From positions 144,522,001-144,586,000 of the forward strand of contig NC_043000.1 of NCBI RefSeq assembly GCF_006345805.1: a DNA stretch of 64,000 nucleotides. The letters run 5' to 3'. Below the pieces are notes generated by a model that ran no database searches, was not told the origin of the DNA, and worked only from the letters and a program-made list of their open reading frames with translations. This DNA is from Octopus sinensis (Eukaryota). Both the position numbers and the translations under genes were made by a program. Positions 1 to 13,870 of the stretch are shown one piece after another; positions within the stretch are counted from its first letter, which is position 1; every line of letters starts with the position of its first letter.

Positions 1-539
1 TACAATTTTTTGTTTACTATTGAATGTCTTAAGATATGCAAAGACTAATCCGTTGAGTTTTGATAAAGATTTATCAGGATTATGTCAATCACGAACAATG
101 CAGTGCTACTAAACTGACAAGAGGCACATATTCAATGCATTGGCAATTATCTTATTGCTATTTGTCATCTGCTTCCATTGATATTTCTACTAATATAATT
201 TTTGATTTGATTATCAGTCTGCAATGACATATTGACAATTAATACCGTTAAACATCCGTAAACCAAATATTTGAACAGTGCAGTTATCATTCTATCTCAC
301 TGCATGAATGTCTTCTGCTTGATGGATTATAGCTTCATTAAGCTTCAAGTATATTACTGAATTTGAACAAAAAAATACAAATTCGATCTAGGCCTAACCA
401 AATTGAAAACTCTTCATTGACGTATCTACAAATATATACACATGCGTGTGTGCGCGCCTGCATGTACGAGGTCTATAAATTAAATAATATTTTTTTTCAA
501 TAAACACATTTAACTTATAATAATTCTGCTCATTAATTC

Positions 540-705
540 GGTGAGCTGGCAGAATCGTTAGCGGTGTTTCGTTTGTCTTTACGTTATGAGTTCAAATTCC
601 GCCGAGGTCTACTTTGCCTTTCATCCGTCCGCGCTAGATAGATTAAGTACCAGTTGCGTTCTGAGGACAATGTAATCGATTGACCCACTCCCCCAAAATG
701 TCTAG
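540..705 (+). mobile_element. SINE-like family A copy (diverged, short deletion in head)
   Basis: Matches the clean copy at 59239-59471: gagctggcagaatcgttagc...gagttcaaattccgccgaggtc.actttgcctttcatcc; B-box-like GTTCAAATTCC. Confidence 0.8.
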
Positions 706-1074
706 TTTAGAAAAGAATAATTCTGATTGTTCTTCCGTTATATAGACCGGCAGTATCGCTTCCACGCGATTAGTTGAAGGGGAGAAGGACGAAAAGAGAA
801 GGGGAGGAAGAAGAGAGAAGAGATATGAAGGAGAAGTTTTCAGAAGTAAGGCATTATGTTTACCATTACTTCCGCGAAATATTAATGAGTAGCGCTAGTT
901 TAAAATTAAATTGCAAATCAACTCTGCCTCTTTGAAAGTAGTTTCCTTGGGAATCCACACAGCGATTAAAACGTTTCCACTCGTCACTGTAGTATTAGAA
1001 CTCAGAAACTGGAATGGTTTGAAGCTAGTCTGTTACAGCCATTTTTATGTTTCCCAGTATGCCAAAGGTTGCCC

Positions 1075-1435
1075 TTAGAGGCCGCAGGTTAGGCGTATAT
1101 GGGATTGAGGGACAAGAAGGGGGTACATTTTTATGCGAAAATCTCTGTAATCCAGAGTGCCATGTGACAAGATGCATTGCCGTGTTGCAGTATTCAGGTG
1201 CCTTTGATATTTAACCACACACTAGCGATCCATTTTCGCAGCCTTTCAAGAGCTTCACGGTAAAAATGCTGATTATCTGTCCTTGAGGTAGGAATTCATT
1301 ATTGACGATTCTATTTCTGTGAAAAGAGCAACAAAGCATGGGTTTTAGTTTTTATTTCTCGTTCTCGCTTTTTATCACTGCATTTAGTTTGCTGTGTGCC
1401 ACTCCAGACTTCGACGTTTTGCTTCAGGACCGTAC
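1075..1435 (-). pseudogene. Decayed mariner-type transposase fragment (catalytic region)
   Basis: Minus-strand translation with frameshifts gives YGPEAKRRSLEWHT, IVNNEFLPQGQ, EALERLRKWI, ILQHGNASCH (cf. LHHDNA) and a YTPNL-like match to YSPDL. Confidence 0.75.
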
Positions 1436-2743
1436 TAAAAAGTCTATGAAATTATCCTGATACAATAAATAGGATGCACTGCAACACTTCATGTGTATAC
1501 GCATTTGTGTGGGTGCGTGTGTTCAAAAATATGTAGGTATTTATTTGTTTCTGCATCTATTTCTTTTTGTGCTTCCTATACATCCAGTCTATATAGCGTC
1601 TGACAGAACTCTGCTTCGCTCAAACTATAATGAAGTAGGAAACACCCTGTCTAACACTAAATGACTTTTCAACTTTTAGCAGATTCCACTCGTACTTATG
1701 GCTTCAGTGCTACAACAATTTCAAGATGATTTATAACCAGATTTTTCTACCATATCCGATGGAAATTTTAAAGTTTGACATGGTATAGGGTATCAACTGA
1801 AATCATTTGTTTATGGAAATTATCATGTGAAGTATTTTGCCGCTAATATGAAGATTCTCAGCATACGTAAATATACTCTCTTAAATGTAAATATACTCTC
1901 TTAAACAGTGTAAATAAATTTTACCACGAAAGCGAACACGAAATTTCCTTTGATTGTGTTTCTTATTTAATAATCCATATACATATTCAGACGCATTCCC
2001 AACTATGTATATACGTAATCATATTGAAAAATCCACAGAAATCTATATACACAAAAATTCTAAAATCAAATCTTCCTTAACCAAGTATTTCCCGACATAG
2101 ATCTTTATAGAATGATTCCGAAAGTGTCTTATATATAGCGCGTTGCTTACTAGTTCTAAATAAGACTATTTGCCATGGGCTGCTACTTAAATATTCTTAT
2201 TTGCTACGGGGAATCACTTGATAGAGACAATATTTAATGATGTGCCATATCTGTGACAAGGGATGTTAATTGGTAGGTAACTCTTATGCAATGAAAGGAT
2301 ATACAGCATTATTTTCATTAGATTTTCAGTACAATTCCAGTAATGTTTTGATAAGATTATCGTCATTCTATCAAATGATGCAACCAGATTATCTAATACA
2401 GTGCACTATTTATGTCATTAGTATGCGTATTCAAGTTTCAAGTTAAAGTTACGCTGGGCTGGTTCAATATAAAACGATTCTCAGAGGGACAAAGACAATT
2501 ACGTGTGCTCCAGGCGAAACAGTTTTGGTCAAAACAGTTTTGTTGTTTAAAGTACTTCCCAAGATGGAAAGAATGTTTATATACAAGGACAGGGGGTGTT
2601 GACGTTGACTGTACAACATGATTACATATGATTATATTAATACACCAACAAATGTCTTGTACATGGAATGAGTGACTACCTTTTATTGGTAATCACATTG
2701 AAAATAACTTAGTAACGTGTGCAAAGGAAAATGAGTGTAATAC

Positions 2744-2785
<42 letters not shown>

Positions 2786-2942
2786 TATGTATATGTATGT
2801 ATACATCTCCCCACATTCACACACTAAATAAACATAGACGCACATAGAGATATAAGCATGCGCAAATGAAGACATACAATAGAAATACAAAATGGCTAAC
2901 GGTTAGTAAGGAGAGACACAAATAAGAAAGAAGAAAACAAAG

Positions 2943-2986
2943 GACCACTGATGCGGTCACAGGAGTGTGACGAAAGAACTCTGGCC
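2943..2986 (+). ncRNA. Minimal type I hammerhead ribozyme-like motif with variant core CUGAUGC
   Basis: gacca CTGATGC g GTCAC aggagt GTGAC GAAA G aa C T C tggcc: 5-bp stem II, GAAA, short stem III, CUC cleavage triplet, partial stem I (cca/tgg). Confidence 0.55.
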
Positions 2987-3078
2987 GAAATAAGTTTAAG
3001 ATTAATGTAAAAAATAAATAACACTGAGGCAAAATAAAGTTTATTGGCTAAACTGGCAATATGAACATTCCGAAATAT

Positions 3079-3145
<67 letters not shown>

Positions 3146-3314
3146 TGTATGTATGTATGTGTGTATGTATGTATGTATGCATGTATGTATGTATGTATGT
3201 ATGTATGTATGTATGTATGTATAGTTGCAAATTATAAAAAAGAAATGACAAAGGCAAGCATGTGAACAACAACCAAGTGTATTAGTCTGACCTTCGGGAA
3301 AAATAAAAACACAA

Positions 3315-3353
3315 TCCTTTACGTTTCGAGGCTACACTCTTCAACAGAAAGGA
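3315..3353 (-). ncRNA. Degenerate minimal type I hammerhead motif
   Basis: Minus strand reads tccttt CTGTTGA A GAG tgtagc CTC GAAAC GT aaagga: 6-bp stem I, 3-bp stem II, ACGT palindromic stem III; A6 is U and the cleavage-site base appears missing. Confidence 0.5.
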
Positions 3354-3555
3354 ATTAGAGGAAATAAACACAGAGAGAATGAAATCCTACGGGGTAAAAG
3401 AAAGTTCAAAAAGTTCAAAACGTTCAAAAGCGTTCAACGAAAAAAATCCAGTGGAATCCATAGGGGTAGAGTCAGTAGATACAGTCATAATCCGGGTGGA
3501 GTGCTTATATGTGGATGAGGATATTTATATAAATATAACAAAAAATCTAAAATAC

Positions 3556-3610
<55 letters not shown>

Positions 3611-3861
3611 ATTAATAATTAATAATTACATCAAGTAGTGACTCGGTATGTAAAAGACCGTTATCGGTAAATTTGAAAAATATTTATTATAATAAGGATT
3701 AGGCAAAATAATTTGCTTACAGTAGAGGAAATAGCTAGTTTTTTTTTTGCTGCTATTTCCAAAGTTCGGTGTGTGGTGAATAAAATTCTTTGGCCTAACC
3801 CATATTATAATACACACACGCATATATATATATATATATATATAATATATATATATATATG

Positions 3862-3893
<32 letters not shown>

Positions 3894-3898
3894 TATAT

Positions 3899-3951
<53 letters not shown>

Positions 3952-4521
3952 TATATATATATATATATATATGAAAATATATATATGAATATGTATATAT
4001 GTATACACCGACACAAGTACACACACACACACATTTTTCTCACATAATTACCATATTGTGTCTTGGCTAACAGCTTTAGGCTACGATATTTTGTTCATGG
4101 ACAGTCATTTTACTATTTAGAGTGCTACGTAACACGTTGTATTTTACAAGTAAAACAACATTTTGATTTAGAAGCAGTTATAATAATGTAAACGTTGTTC
4201 ACGTCAGTCTTCATGTGTATAGGACTCGTTGAAACGTTTGTAGGGTGTAGTATATATTCCAAATGAAGACCCTTTAAGACATACTGTGTTAAAGAGCACA
4301 ATACTTCACAACCTAAACGATATGAATCGCCTCAGAGCGGGACGAAAATGATCGGCGCTATACATTCGAGATACACAAATTTCAAGTTGCATAAGTTTTA
4401 TCTGCTGATACAGCAATATACAATGTTGTTTTTTTTTGCGTCGTATGACTTAAAATAATTTTTTGCTGGATGAAACACCGCACTAGAAATTGTTTAAATA
4501 AAATAAATAAACAATGTGTGT

Positions 4522-4558
<37 letters not shown>

Positions 4559-4560
<2 letters not shown>

Positions 4561-4914
4561 AGAGGCTGTGTGGTAAGTAGCTTGCTTACCAACCACATGG
4601 TTCCGGGTTCAGTCCCACTGTGTGGCATCTTGGGCAAGTGCCTTCTACTATAGCTTCGGGCCGACCAAAGACTTGTGAGTGGATTTGGTAGACGGAAACT
4701 GAAAGAAGCCCATCGTATATATGTATATATATATATTTGTGTGTTTGACAACCGATGCTGGTGTATTTACGTCCCCGTCACTTAGCGATTCGGCAAAAGA
4801 GACCGATAGAATAAGTACTGGGCTTAGAAAGAATGAGTCCCGGGGTCGATTTGCTCGACTAAAGGTGGTGCTCCAGCGTGTCCGCAGCCAAATGACTGAA
4901 ACAAGTAAAAGAGT
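4559..4914 (+). mobile_element. SINE-like family B copy with internal (TA)n tract
   Basis: tRNA-like head tgtggtaagtagcttgcttaccaaccacatggttccgggttcagtcccactg; 3' end ...aatgactgaaacaagtaaaagagt; many copies in this window. Confidence 0.9.
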
Positions 4915-4926
4915 ATATGTATATAT

Positions 4927-4973
<47 letters not shown>

Positions 4974-6303
4974 TAACATTTGGGTTATAAAAATTCATAA
5001 GCACTGAATATTTAAGTATATCTCGAACATCCCTAATCGATTTTTGAGCCTTACAGCGTTCGCAGTACAACTGTTTTCATCAATTTCACCAATTCCAGGG
5101 AAGCATGCAGTTAGTCTTTTAATATTGTCTGTGCACTTTTCCGTTATTACAGAGTATTCTAGGTGGTGATCAATATAGTAGTATAGACATATTTGTGTGT
5201 GTGGATGTATATATATATATATATACACGCATATATATATGTATATATGTATGTTTGTGTATGCGCGCAGGTGTATGTGTATGTGTGTGTGTAATTTGAT
5301 TACCTCTAATGAATTTGGAGTAAACAAAGAAATATTGATTTTATCGTATCAAGCTTTTTCTGCTGCTTTTTTTTCACTACTTTATCCGATTCATAGTCAT
5401 ATTTATAGACTAGGAAATTCCAATTGAAAGAATATGAAATATTTCGTATATGATTGATTATACTGTCAAAAACAGTACGGCACAGATGCCAGCCTAGTTT
5501 TTCTATTGTTTTGCATATACTGATTGAAGGATGAGCGTTTAAAATATATTCGTTTTAATACCGTTAAAAATATAGCATTTACTGCCATATGTATCAGTAT
5601 CAAAGATGCAAAGAAAAAAAATTTGCATAAATACATTTTTATTATATTTCATTTTGAATATATTTTATTTGAAACAATTTAAACTTCAATGACACATTGT
5701 CCTTCCTATGCGATTTTAATGATCACGCTGCCTAAAGAACTACAAAACGAAGAACAATAAACGTACGGTCTATGGGATATTGATGAAATTTTAATTGCAA
5801 TGAGATGTCACCAATTCAGAAATTGTGCATTTTTTTTTTATTACATTGCACTAATATAACTTAAAGAGCAAAAATAATATATACTTCCAATTGAGTGTGA
5901 ATTTATTTATAATTAATTTTGCTTTTCTATCCAAGTTGAAAAACTTAGATGATATCTTTAACTGCTTGAAAAACATGTTTCAAATTTTGTTGCTAACAAA
6001 ATTCACATTTACGAAATAGGAGCCTTTAAAAATACATAAAAATAGACAAATACATACATAAACATATTAAAAGATGCGCACGTACACATATATAGATGCG
6101 CACGTGCACACATATAGATACCAGCAAGGTACATTATCCATGAAAAGTGTATTTTTATAGTGAATGAGGCAGAAACGCGAAAGAAAGGACGTAGGTAAAG
6201 ACGGCATATCTCTATCTGTTACATATGTACCTATTAAGCGAGCCTTAGTTGGACACCGTCTGTGACCATATAGTACTCCATCGGAGAAGAAATTAAGAAC
6301 ACA

Positions 6304-6468
6304 GGCGCAGGAGTGGCTGTGGGGTAAGTAGCTTGCTAACCAACCACATGGTTCCGGGTTCAGTCCCACTGCGTGGTATCTTGGGCAAGTGTCTTCTGCT
6401 ATAGCCCCGGTCCGACCAAAGCCTTGTGAGTGGATTTGGTAGACGGAACCTGAAAGAAGCCTGTCGTA

Positions 6469-6502
<34 letters not shown>

Positions 6503-6715
6503 CGTGTGTGTGTTTGTGTGTCTTTGTTTGTCCCCCAGCATTGCTTGACAACATATGCTGGTGTGTTTACGTCCCCGTCACTTAGCGGTTCGGCAAAAGG
6601 GATCGATAGAATAAGTACTGGGCTTACAAAGAATAAGTCCCGGGGTCGATTTGCTCGACTAAAGGCGGTGCTCCAGCATGACCGCAGTCAAATGACTGAA
6701 ACAAGTAAAAAAAGT
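6304..6715 (+). mobile_element. SINE-like family B, full-length copy
   Basis: Colinear with 4559-4914 and with the reverse complement of 48133-48550; internal TA/TG microsatellite. Confidence 0.9.
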
Positions 6716-6795
6716 GGGCATGCACGTTATTAAGAATATAAAATGGTGATAATGTACCTACTGCATGTTGTGCATGTATATATATATATATATAT

Positions 6796-7210
6796 GCGCA
6801 GAAGTGACTGTGTGGTAAGAAGCATGCTTCCTAGCCACCTGGTCCCGCGTTCAGTCCTACTGTGTGACAACATGGGCAAGCGTCTTCTTCCATAGCCTCG
6901 GGCCGACCAAAGCCTTGTGATTGGATTTGGTAGACGGACACTAAGAGAAGCACGTCGAATATGTGTGTGCACCTGTGTGTGTGCGCGTGTGTATGTGTGC
7001 GAGTGCCTGTGCTTGCCCCCTTAACATTGCTTGACAAGCGATATTAGCGTGTTTACTTCCCCGTTACTTAGCCGGTCTGCAAAAGGGTCCGATAGAGTAG
7101 AATAAGTACGAGGCTTACTATGATTAAGTCGTGGAATCAATTTATTCGACTAAAGGCGGTGCTCCTGCCTGGCCGCAGTGACATAACTGAAACAAGTAAA
7201 AGAATAAATG
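6796..7210 (+). mobile_element. SINE-like family B, older diverged copy
   Basis: Same head, body and tail order with many substitutions. Confidence 0.8.
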
Positions 7211-7291
7211 AATATATATATATTTCTTTACAAATATATATATATAACTAGATAGATAGAAAGATAGACACACATACATGTGTGTACACAT

Positions 7292-7324
<33 letters not shown>

Positions 7325-7408
7325 CATACATATATCGAGTAAGCACATAAAGGTGCAAAAAAGAGTACTTAGATTCCAGAGGTAAAGTAATATGCTTTAT
7401 TTGAAAAA

Positions 7409-7444
7409 CTGTCTGACGAACGAACGTGAAACTCTGAGTAACAG
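7409..7444 (+). ncRNA. Minimal type I hammerhead ribozyme with intact consensus core
   Basis: CTGT CTGACGA AC gaac GT GAA ACTC t GAGT A ACAG: stem I CUGU/ACAG, core CUGACGA, stem II, GAA, stem III ACUC/GAGU, GUA cleavage triplet. Confidence 0.75.
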
Positions 7445-8482
7445 ATTTTGTTATATTTCTGCTGCTTTTAAATAAAGTATATATACATAAGCGTGTTGTA
7501 TGCAAAAATCATATTTATATTTATATTTATTTTTATATTTATATTTGTATTTATATTTTTATTTGTATATGATACTTATATATTATTGAATTTTTAAATT
7601 TCTAATATGTTGGACTGTATAGATATAAACTAGTATATAAGATTTGCATGTGTTTGGTCTATCTTTCAATTTTGTGGTGTTCCTGTGGTTGTTGCTCCTA
7701 TTGCCTCCCCTTGGATAAAAAAGTGTATACAGTTCATTGGAGCACTTCTATTTCCAGTCCGTGTATATCTTGAGTGTTGTTGTCACTCAAGATATAACTT
7801 TATATTTTGTAATTATATATATATGTATGTATACAATGGCTTGGAAAAGTTCAGCTTGTATTTCTGTTTAACAAATTAACATTTATATGAATAATAATCG
7901 GAGCATCTGGTTTTGCAAGTATTTGTCTACCTGTCATTCTGTAAAAGCTCGGATTTTCAGAAAAATCTCCAGCATGCATAAAATCTAAGAAGTAACGGGA
8001 TTTCCAATAGTAATGCAGTACGACCGTTTAAAGCAGCTCAATTTAATTGAACAAGCCAATGATTACATCAATTTAAATACAGTGGTATCTTCAGCTGTAC
8101 AAATAGTGATTTTAAACAGACAAGATATATTGATATAATTTTTATCAAATATTGTAAAAGAGCAAGATGATGGAAGAATATCATGTTGTCACTATGGTAG
8201 CGAGAATAGCTTAGAGAAGTACAAACTACAAATTTTAGAGTGGCATGGGACATTGTGGGGTTCATAGTATTCTAATACATTTAGAATTAATCTATCTCCA
8301 TATCATCAGCAGAAATGTAAGACTACCAGACTGCGTATATTTAAAATAAAGAGCAAAGTGAGTTGACAGATCATAGCTGGCTGTTGGTCATGAACTTCAT
8401 GCTGTCACAGGTAGCACTCTACCCACTAGAAAAAGAAACAAAACTTTAGAAAGAATCAATTAGATTGTAGTAAATGTCTATA

Positions 8483-8869
8483 TGGAAGCACTCCGTCGGT
8501 TACGACGATGAGGGTTCCGGTTGACCCGAATCAACGGAACAGCCTGCTCGTGAAATTAACGTGTAAGTGGCTGAGCAGTCCACAGACACGTGCACCCTTA
8601 ACGTAGTTCTCGGGGATGTTCAGCGTGACACAGAGAGTGACAAGGCCGGCCCCTTGAAATACAGGTACAACAGAAACAGGAAGTAAGAGTGAGCGAGAGT
8701 TGTGGTGAAAGAGTACAGCAGGGATCACCACCATCCCCTGCCGGAGCCTCGTGGAGCTTTTAGGTGTTTTCGCTCAATAAACACTCACAACGCCCGGTCT
8801 GGGAATCGAAACCGCGATCCTATGACCGCGAGTCCGCTGCCCTAACCACTGGGCCATTGCGCCTCCACT
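8483..8869 (-). mobile_element. tRNA-derived SINE family C, full length
   Basis: Head ggaggcgcaatggcccagtggttagggcagcggactcgcggtcataggatcgcggtttcgattcccagacc with A and B boxes; 12-bp target-site duplication taaatgtctata at 8471-8482 and 8870-8881; 11 substitutions versus the copy at 52661. Confidence 0.95.
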
Positions 8870-10360
8870 TAAATGTCTATAAAATAGGTATGGTAAGGGG
8901 TGACATTAATTCATGATGTTATTACCAGTTAAACGGACAAACACTATTAAACTCATTATGCTACAATGAGAAAGTTTATAAACAATATTATTATGTTGTA
9001 TAAAAATAAAATATCCTTTTTAAATTCCAGAAAGGGATATTATAACCAAGTTAGCTAAAAGTCATATACAGATCAATTTAAACATTAAAATGAAGCTTCA
9101 GCTGAATACCTCATCTTTATTTAATTAATTGTTAGGTGGTCTCTATAAAGACCACTGAAACCACTTACATGTGAAAGATATACATACTATTTCAAGTTGC
9201 ATAAGTTCTATCTGGAAAGATATACATACTATCTATTTATTGAATGTAAGGAATCAGGAGCAGGATAATAGAATGAATTATAATATATAGACATAATTAA
9301 ATATAAATATACAATAATAAGTGTGTAGTGATATAACTATTTGTAATAGTATAAACATAATGCATTACTACTTCAAACACTGTTATTTATTTTGATTTTA
9401 TTCACATTACTTCTACTTGTGCAGATAATAGTGAACTGAACTGACTTGGTCCTTCAACTTCAATACCTAATTCAACTGAATATTAATTACTTCTATACAT
9501 ATATACATATAAATATATATGCATGTGTCCGTATATATGTATGTACGTATGTATGTATGTATATAAGTATTTATGACTCTTCCGGATTTCGTCCACTGGA
9601 GGAGCGGCTAGTTTCTAACAAAAGTACAAAGTCCCAATTTTGGAATGTAGATAAAGAAAACATCACATTTTAAACCTTAAAATGGGTTGCATAGTCTTAC
9701 TGTAATTTGCGAATGTTTTACTTGATTTCTTTTTCTGAAAATCCGAGCTCATCTAGAATGACAGATAGACATTTACTTGCAAATCTAGGTTTTTCAATTA
9801 TTATTTGCCTAAACGTTAATTTGTTAGTTGGAAATACAAGTTGGATGTATTTAAGCAGTTGTATGCATAGATGTATGCATGTATTTATATATGCATATAT
9901 GAGTATGTGCCTATAATATATATATATATTTCTATATATTTCTGAGATCGTATGTGTCCTAATGGATTGTGTGGTAAGATATGAAAACGGAAACCATTCG
10001 AATGTTATTATTACCTGTGATGTAAGAGTGTCCGATGTACTGTTTTGTATTGTGATATTTAAGTGGGAATTTATCAAAACCAGTGGTTGAAAAATAGGAA
10101 TTTGCTCCGGATATCAGCTCTAAATATTGGAGGCTTTTTCACTCTTCCTGCCAGCTACCATGCGAAAGTCCTTTTACTATCTATTTGTGGATAGAATACA
10201 ATTCTCCACTTTAGCGACACCAAGTTCTCTAAAATGAAAGTAGCTACGAAAGATTAAAATCCCTTGGAATTTATTCAGGTAGTGGATGATGAAAAACAAA
10301 GTACAAAAACAAAAGTAATAAAAACGAGAATTCCCTGTAAAATATTCAGTAATTCGAAGC

Positions 10361-10650
10361 ATCTGTCTATGTGATGGAATCTCCTATCGAAGTTGGCGTG
10401 TGAGTGTTCAGTTTTTGCGAAAGACCTGCAGAAATGATTTGCTCTAAGTGATCAAATGTATGTTCTGTACATTCTCCATCAAATCGGCAGCACATGGTGT
10501 ACAACATATCAGATCTCGAAATGATCGCAGAGCAACATGATATGAATGTGTTGCACAAGAACACAACACATCACACGGTCTAGGAATTGAACCTACGACC
10601 TTGCGATCGTGAGTGCAGCTCCCTAACCACTAGCCCATGCGCTTTCACAC
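10361..10650 (-). mobile_element. tRNA-headed SINE family D, diverged copy with its own 3' module
   Basis: Head and first body segment match 45722-45978 in reverse complement; downstream sequence differs. Confidence 0.65.
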
Positions 10651-13600
10651 CTGTCTATATAAATGTAGGTAAATTGGTAGGTAGATCGAGTGATAGGTCG
10701 ATAGATAGAATTTGTTTGACCATAGGATGGCCCACGGGTTTCAGGATTTAATTAAAACACTGTAATTAAGACATATGCACAGAGACGCACTCATACACAC
10801 ATACACACACATACATACTCACACACGAACAAACACAGACAGACGCATGCACGCTCATGCTCACACTCCTGCAACCGCGCACATGCACACACTCCTGCAC
10901 GCAATCATATATAAACACAAACCCATGTACAATGCCACCCCTTAAATTTCATTATTCTGTTCGATATTGAAGTATATTTTTGTTTGCCTGATGATATTTA
11001 CGAACGAAAAGGTTAAGACTGTTTTAGCTCTCAAAATTTTAATTTCAAGTCTAGTGTTTTTATAATAAAATTACCTTTTATGCGTAAGATTACTTCACAG
11101 ATAAAAACTAGTTTTCTTTCTTTCAAATTTGGAATATGCCTTGTTCAAATGTTTGTTTTCCATTAAGCGTAATCTTTTATTTCTTGTTTTATATTTTCCA
11201 TCATGGTCAGTCTACCAATTTACTGTTATTTTTATTTTAGTGTTACGTTCTCAACAAAAATCTTCAGTTATGATAGTAGAGTCACCGTTGCCGTCGTTCC
11301 TAGTTTTAAACTTTATTTTTCTGACTGTCTATCGCTACCAAGATTCAGCTATATCTGTTGAAGATTAGCTGCTCTTTCAGCGGATGACTATTACCATAAG
11401 CTTCTGGTTATAAATAGGTGAATTTGTAAAAAAATGGGCAACTGTGTCAAAATATAAAAGTGACATGAGGGACGTCACTTGCATGAACACACCGTAATCG
11501 CAACAAATAAAACTCTCTTTCTCATAAAATTATTTGGACCGATAGATTATTTTTCTTAACAAGTGAAAGTAGAGTTATATGGTAGTTTCGAGTTTAGAGG
11601 GATCTATGAAGTACATAATTCATTTTCAAAACTATCACGGACGTCCGGTGAAAGTGGAACGTAATTTTGAAGAAATGTAATTTAATAGAAATGAAATCCT
11701 TAATCTGACCCTCCCATTTGCTCTTAATCACTTCCCCAGACGCAGGCTAAATTTACATATGGAAACACTAAATGATGTGGGTATATATGGCTGTTGAAAA
11801 TTCCTGTTTTGATTTCGAAACTAATTTCTCCTTGCTTTTATTCAGCTTTTATATTCACACAGATTGTATCACGGAATATTCAGCTGCCTCCAAATATATT
11901 TACAAATGAAAACATGCTACTGTATTGGGAAAGACACAGCACGTAGCTGAATTTTTCTTTACTTTGAACGAGAGAAATGTAGACACTAATAAAAATGTCA
12001 GTAACAAATATTTGTTTTAACAAACTGCTTGCACACCTAAGGGCATCTGAAAACTAAGAGAAACATATCAACTCTAGATGAGATCACCACATCTTGCTGA
12101 CAGGAATAGCTAAGTGCCATCTTCGGATATGGCCGAATTAGGATTTTTCTGCCAGAGACATGTGTGTCCATAATCTTTCAAATCCTAGAATCTTGTCACC
12201 ATTATAAAAAAGAAAGGTGAAAGCAAACTGAATGGGCATACATTATTTTAAAAATTCAAAGTATTATGATAATTCCGGCACCGTTGAACGGTGTTTGAGA
12301 AAGTGGATGCCGTACAGACCAACATAAATGCATTTTATTGTTATTACTGTAGTTTGATGCCAACCCACTGTGCTAAGTTTTCTAACGAGAAGTGAAACTG
12401 AAAAGGAATAAACAAAACCCAGGTCACAATAACTTACTTAGGGAATGTTCGCATGTTGAAAGGGATTTGGGAAAACAAGTCTAGGTAAACATGAAATATT
12501 GCACTGAAAGATTTCGCGGTGTTGTGGCCGTGACAATATTTCAAGCCTACACAGGTCTGGCATATAGTGGTACTAAAGAGATCACAGGATCTAAGCACAA
12601 TGGGAATAGTTTCGAAACTTATTGCACAATAACTTGAAAGCATTTGACAATCCTCAACGTGGTAAGCAGTCCTACTTATCACTATCATATACGGAGGAGA
12701 CGTTCTGTTGAGTGCAAAATATGTTAAACGTATTGTAACAGAACTTATAACCGCCAATTATTTCTAATTATCTGTAGGTTTAACACCGGATCATTCTCAT
12801 GTTGATTGACAAACATCTATTGTGAGTTATGCTTTTTCTTCGAAGTAGGCCTTCAACCTTTCTGCAAACTGGTTCTCATAAAGCGGAATTATTGCCCACA
12901 TCTGCGTAAGAATTTCTTAACAAAAAAAGAAAGAGTATAATATTTTAATACTGCAAGGACACTTCTATTACAGCGCCAGTAATATATCCGATCATTACGC
13001 AGGAATGCGAGTTAGATGTTTCCTACTGCTCGTTTGTTGGGTCTTGTTAGACATGCTACTGCTTCTACTTGTGTAAAAGCTGTAGCAACTTTTAGTTTCA
13101 TGTAAAAGGTATACACTTTTTCTGCGATGACACCAGATGGGCAAATTCACTGAGATATTTGGAAGGAAATAAAAGAGAAAGAGCTTTGAAGTCCTTGTCA
13201 GAAACTTATTAGCCAGCAGGTGTGTATGGTACGGAACTCCTCGTTTATGGCTGTAATTACATTCAGAATGCACTCAGAGATATTGAATAAAGATATGAAG
13301 TTTAGACAGTGGCAGATAAAATGGACTCTCTTGAAACGTCTCTAATGGCTAACATCTGGAATATAATTCTAGTACATTTTAACAAGGAGTTGATTAAAGT
13401 AGTGGTTGTAATTGATGCCTAGGATAAATTTCTGAAATGACATTGGAGTTAGAATGAAGAGTTGGAACTAAATGCCAGGAACATGTTAGAAAACAGGCGT
13501 CAACACATCGACGAAGCACAAATGAATTTAACATTCTGAAAATCTATAATATGTAAATCTACAATAATAACAATAATCATTGGGTAAAATTTATAAACAC

Positions 13601-13764
13601 TTTAATGTATCACAACGTGCGTTTCCATAAATCATGTCTCTTAAGGTCACCCTACGTATTAATAGGATAATCGAAAGTGTAATCCGTAATATCCATGAGC
13701 ATCGGGTAGATCATCTTCAGGGATTCATTCCTTCAGGTGTGGTAACATTTAAGGATGTTTAACT

Positions 13765-13870
<106 letters not shown>

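Larger units (their letters stand above)
2748..3990. repeat. Cluster of (TA)n and (TATG)n microsatellites at about 2748-2790, 3083-3220, 3559-3610, 3822-3990
   Basis: Directly visible simple repeats; many similar tracts occur throughout the window. Confidence 0.95.

Noticed and set aside
1867-1906. Short local tandem duplications (20 bp here; about 22 bp at 6071-6117; 10-11 bp at 20680-20710; 15 bp at 23087-23127)
   Set aside because: Ordinary slippage products with no further structure.
8790-8869. tRNA-like sequences at SINE heads (also 45722, 52970, 60430, 31156)
   Set aside because: A and B boxes are present, but each runs into a multi-copy body and several have target-site duplications; these are SINE heads, not tRNA genes.
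12360-13300. Possible ancient LINE reverse transcriptase on the minus strand (RLKAYFEEK, VYLDLFSQIP)
   Set aside because: The motif order is suggestive but matches are too weak by eye; BLASTX or an RT HMM is needed.
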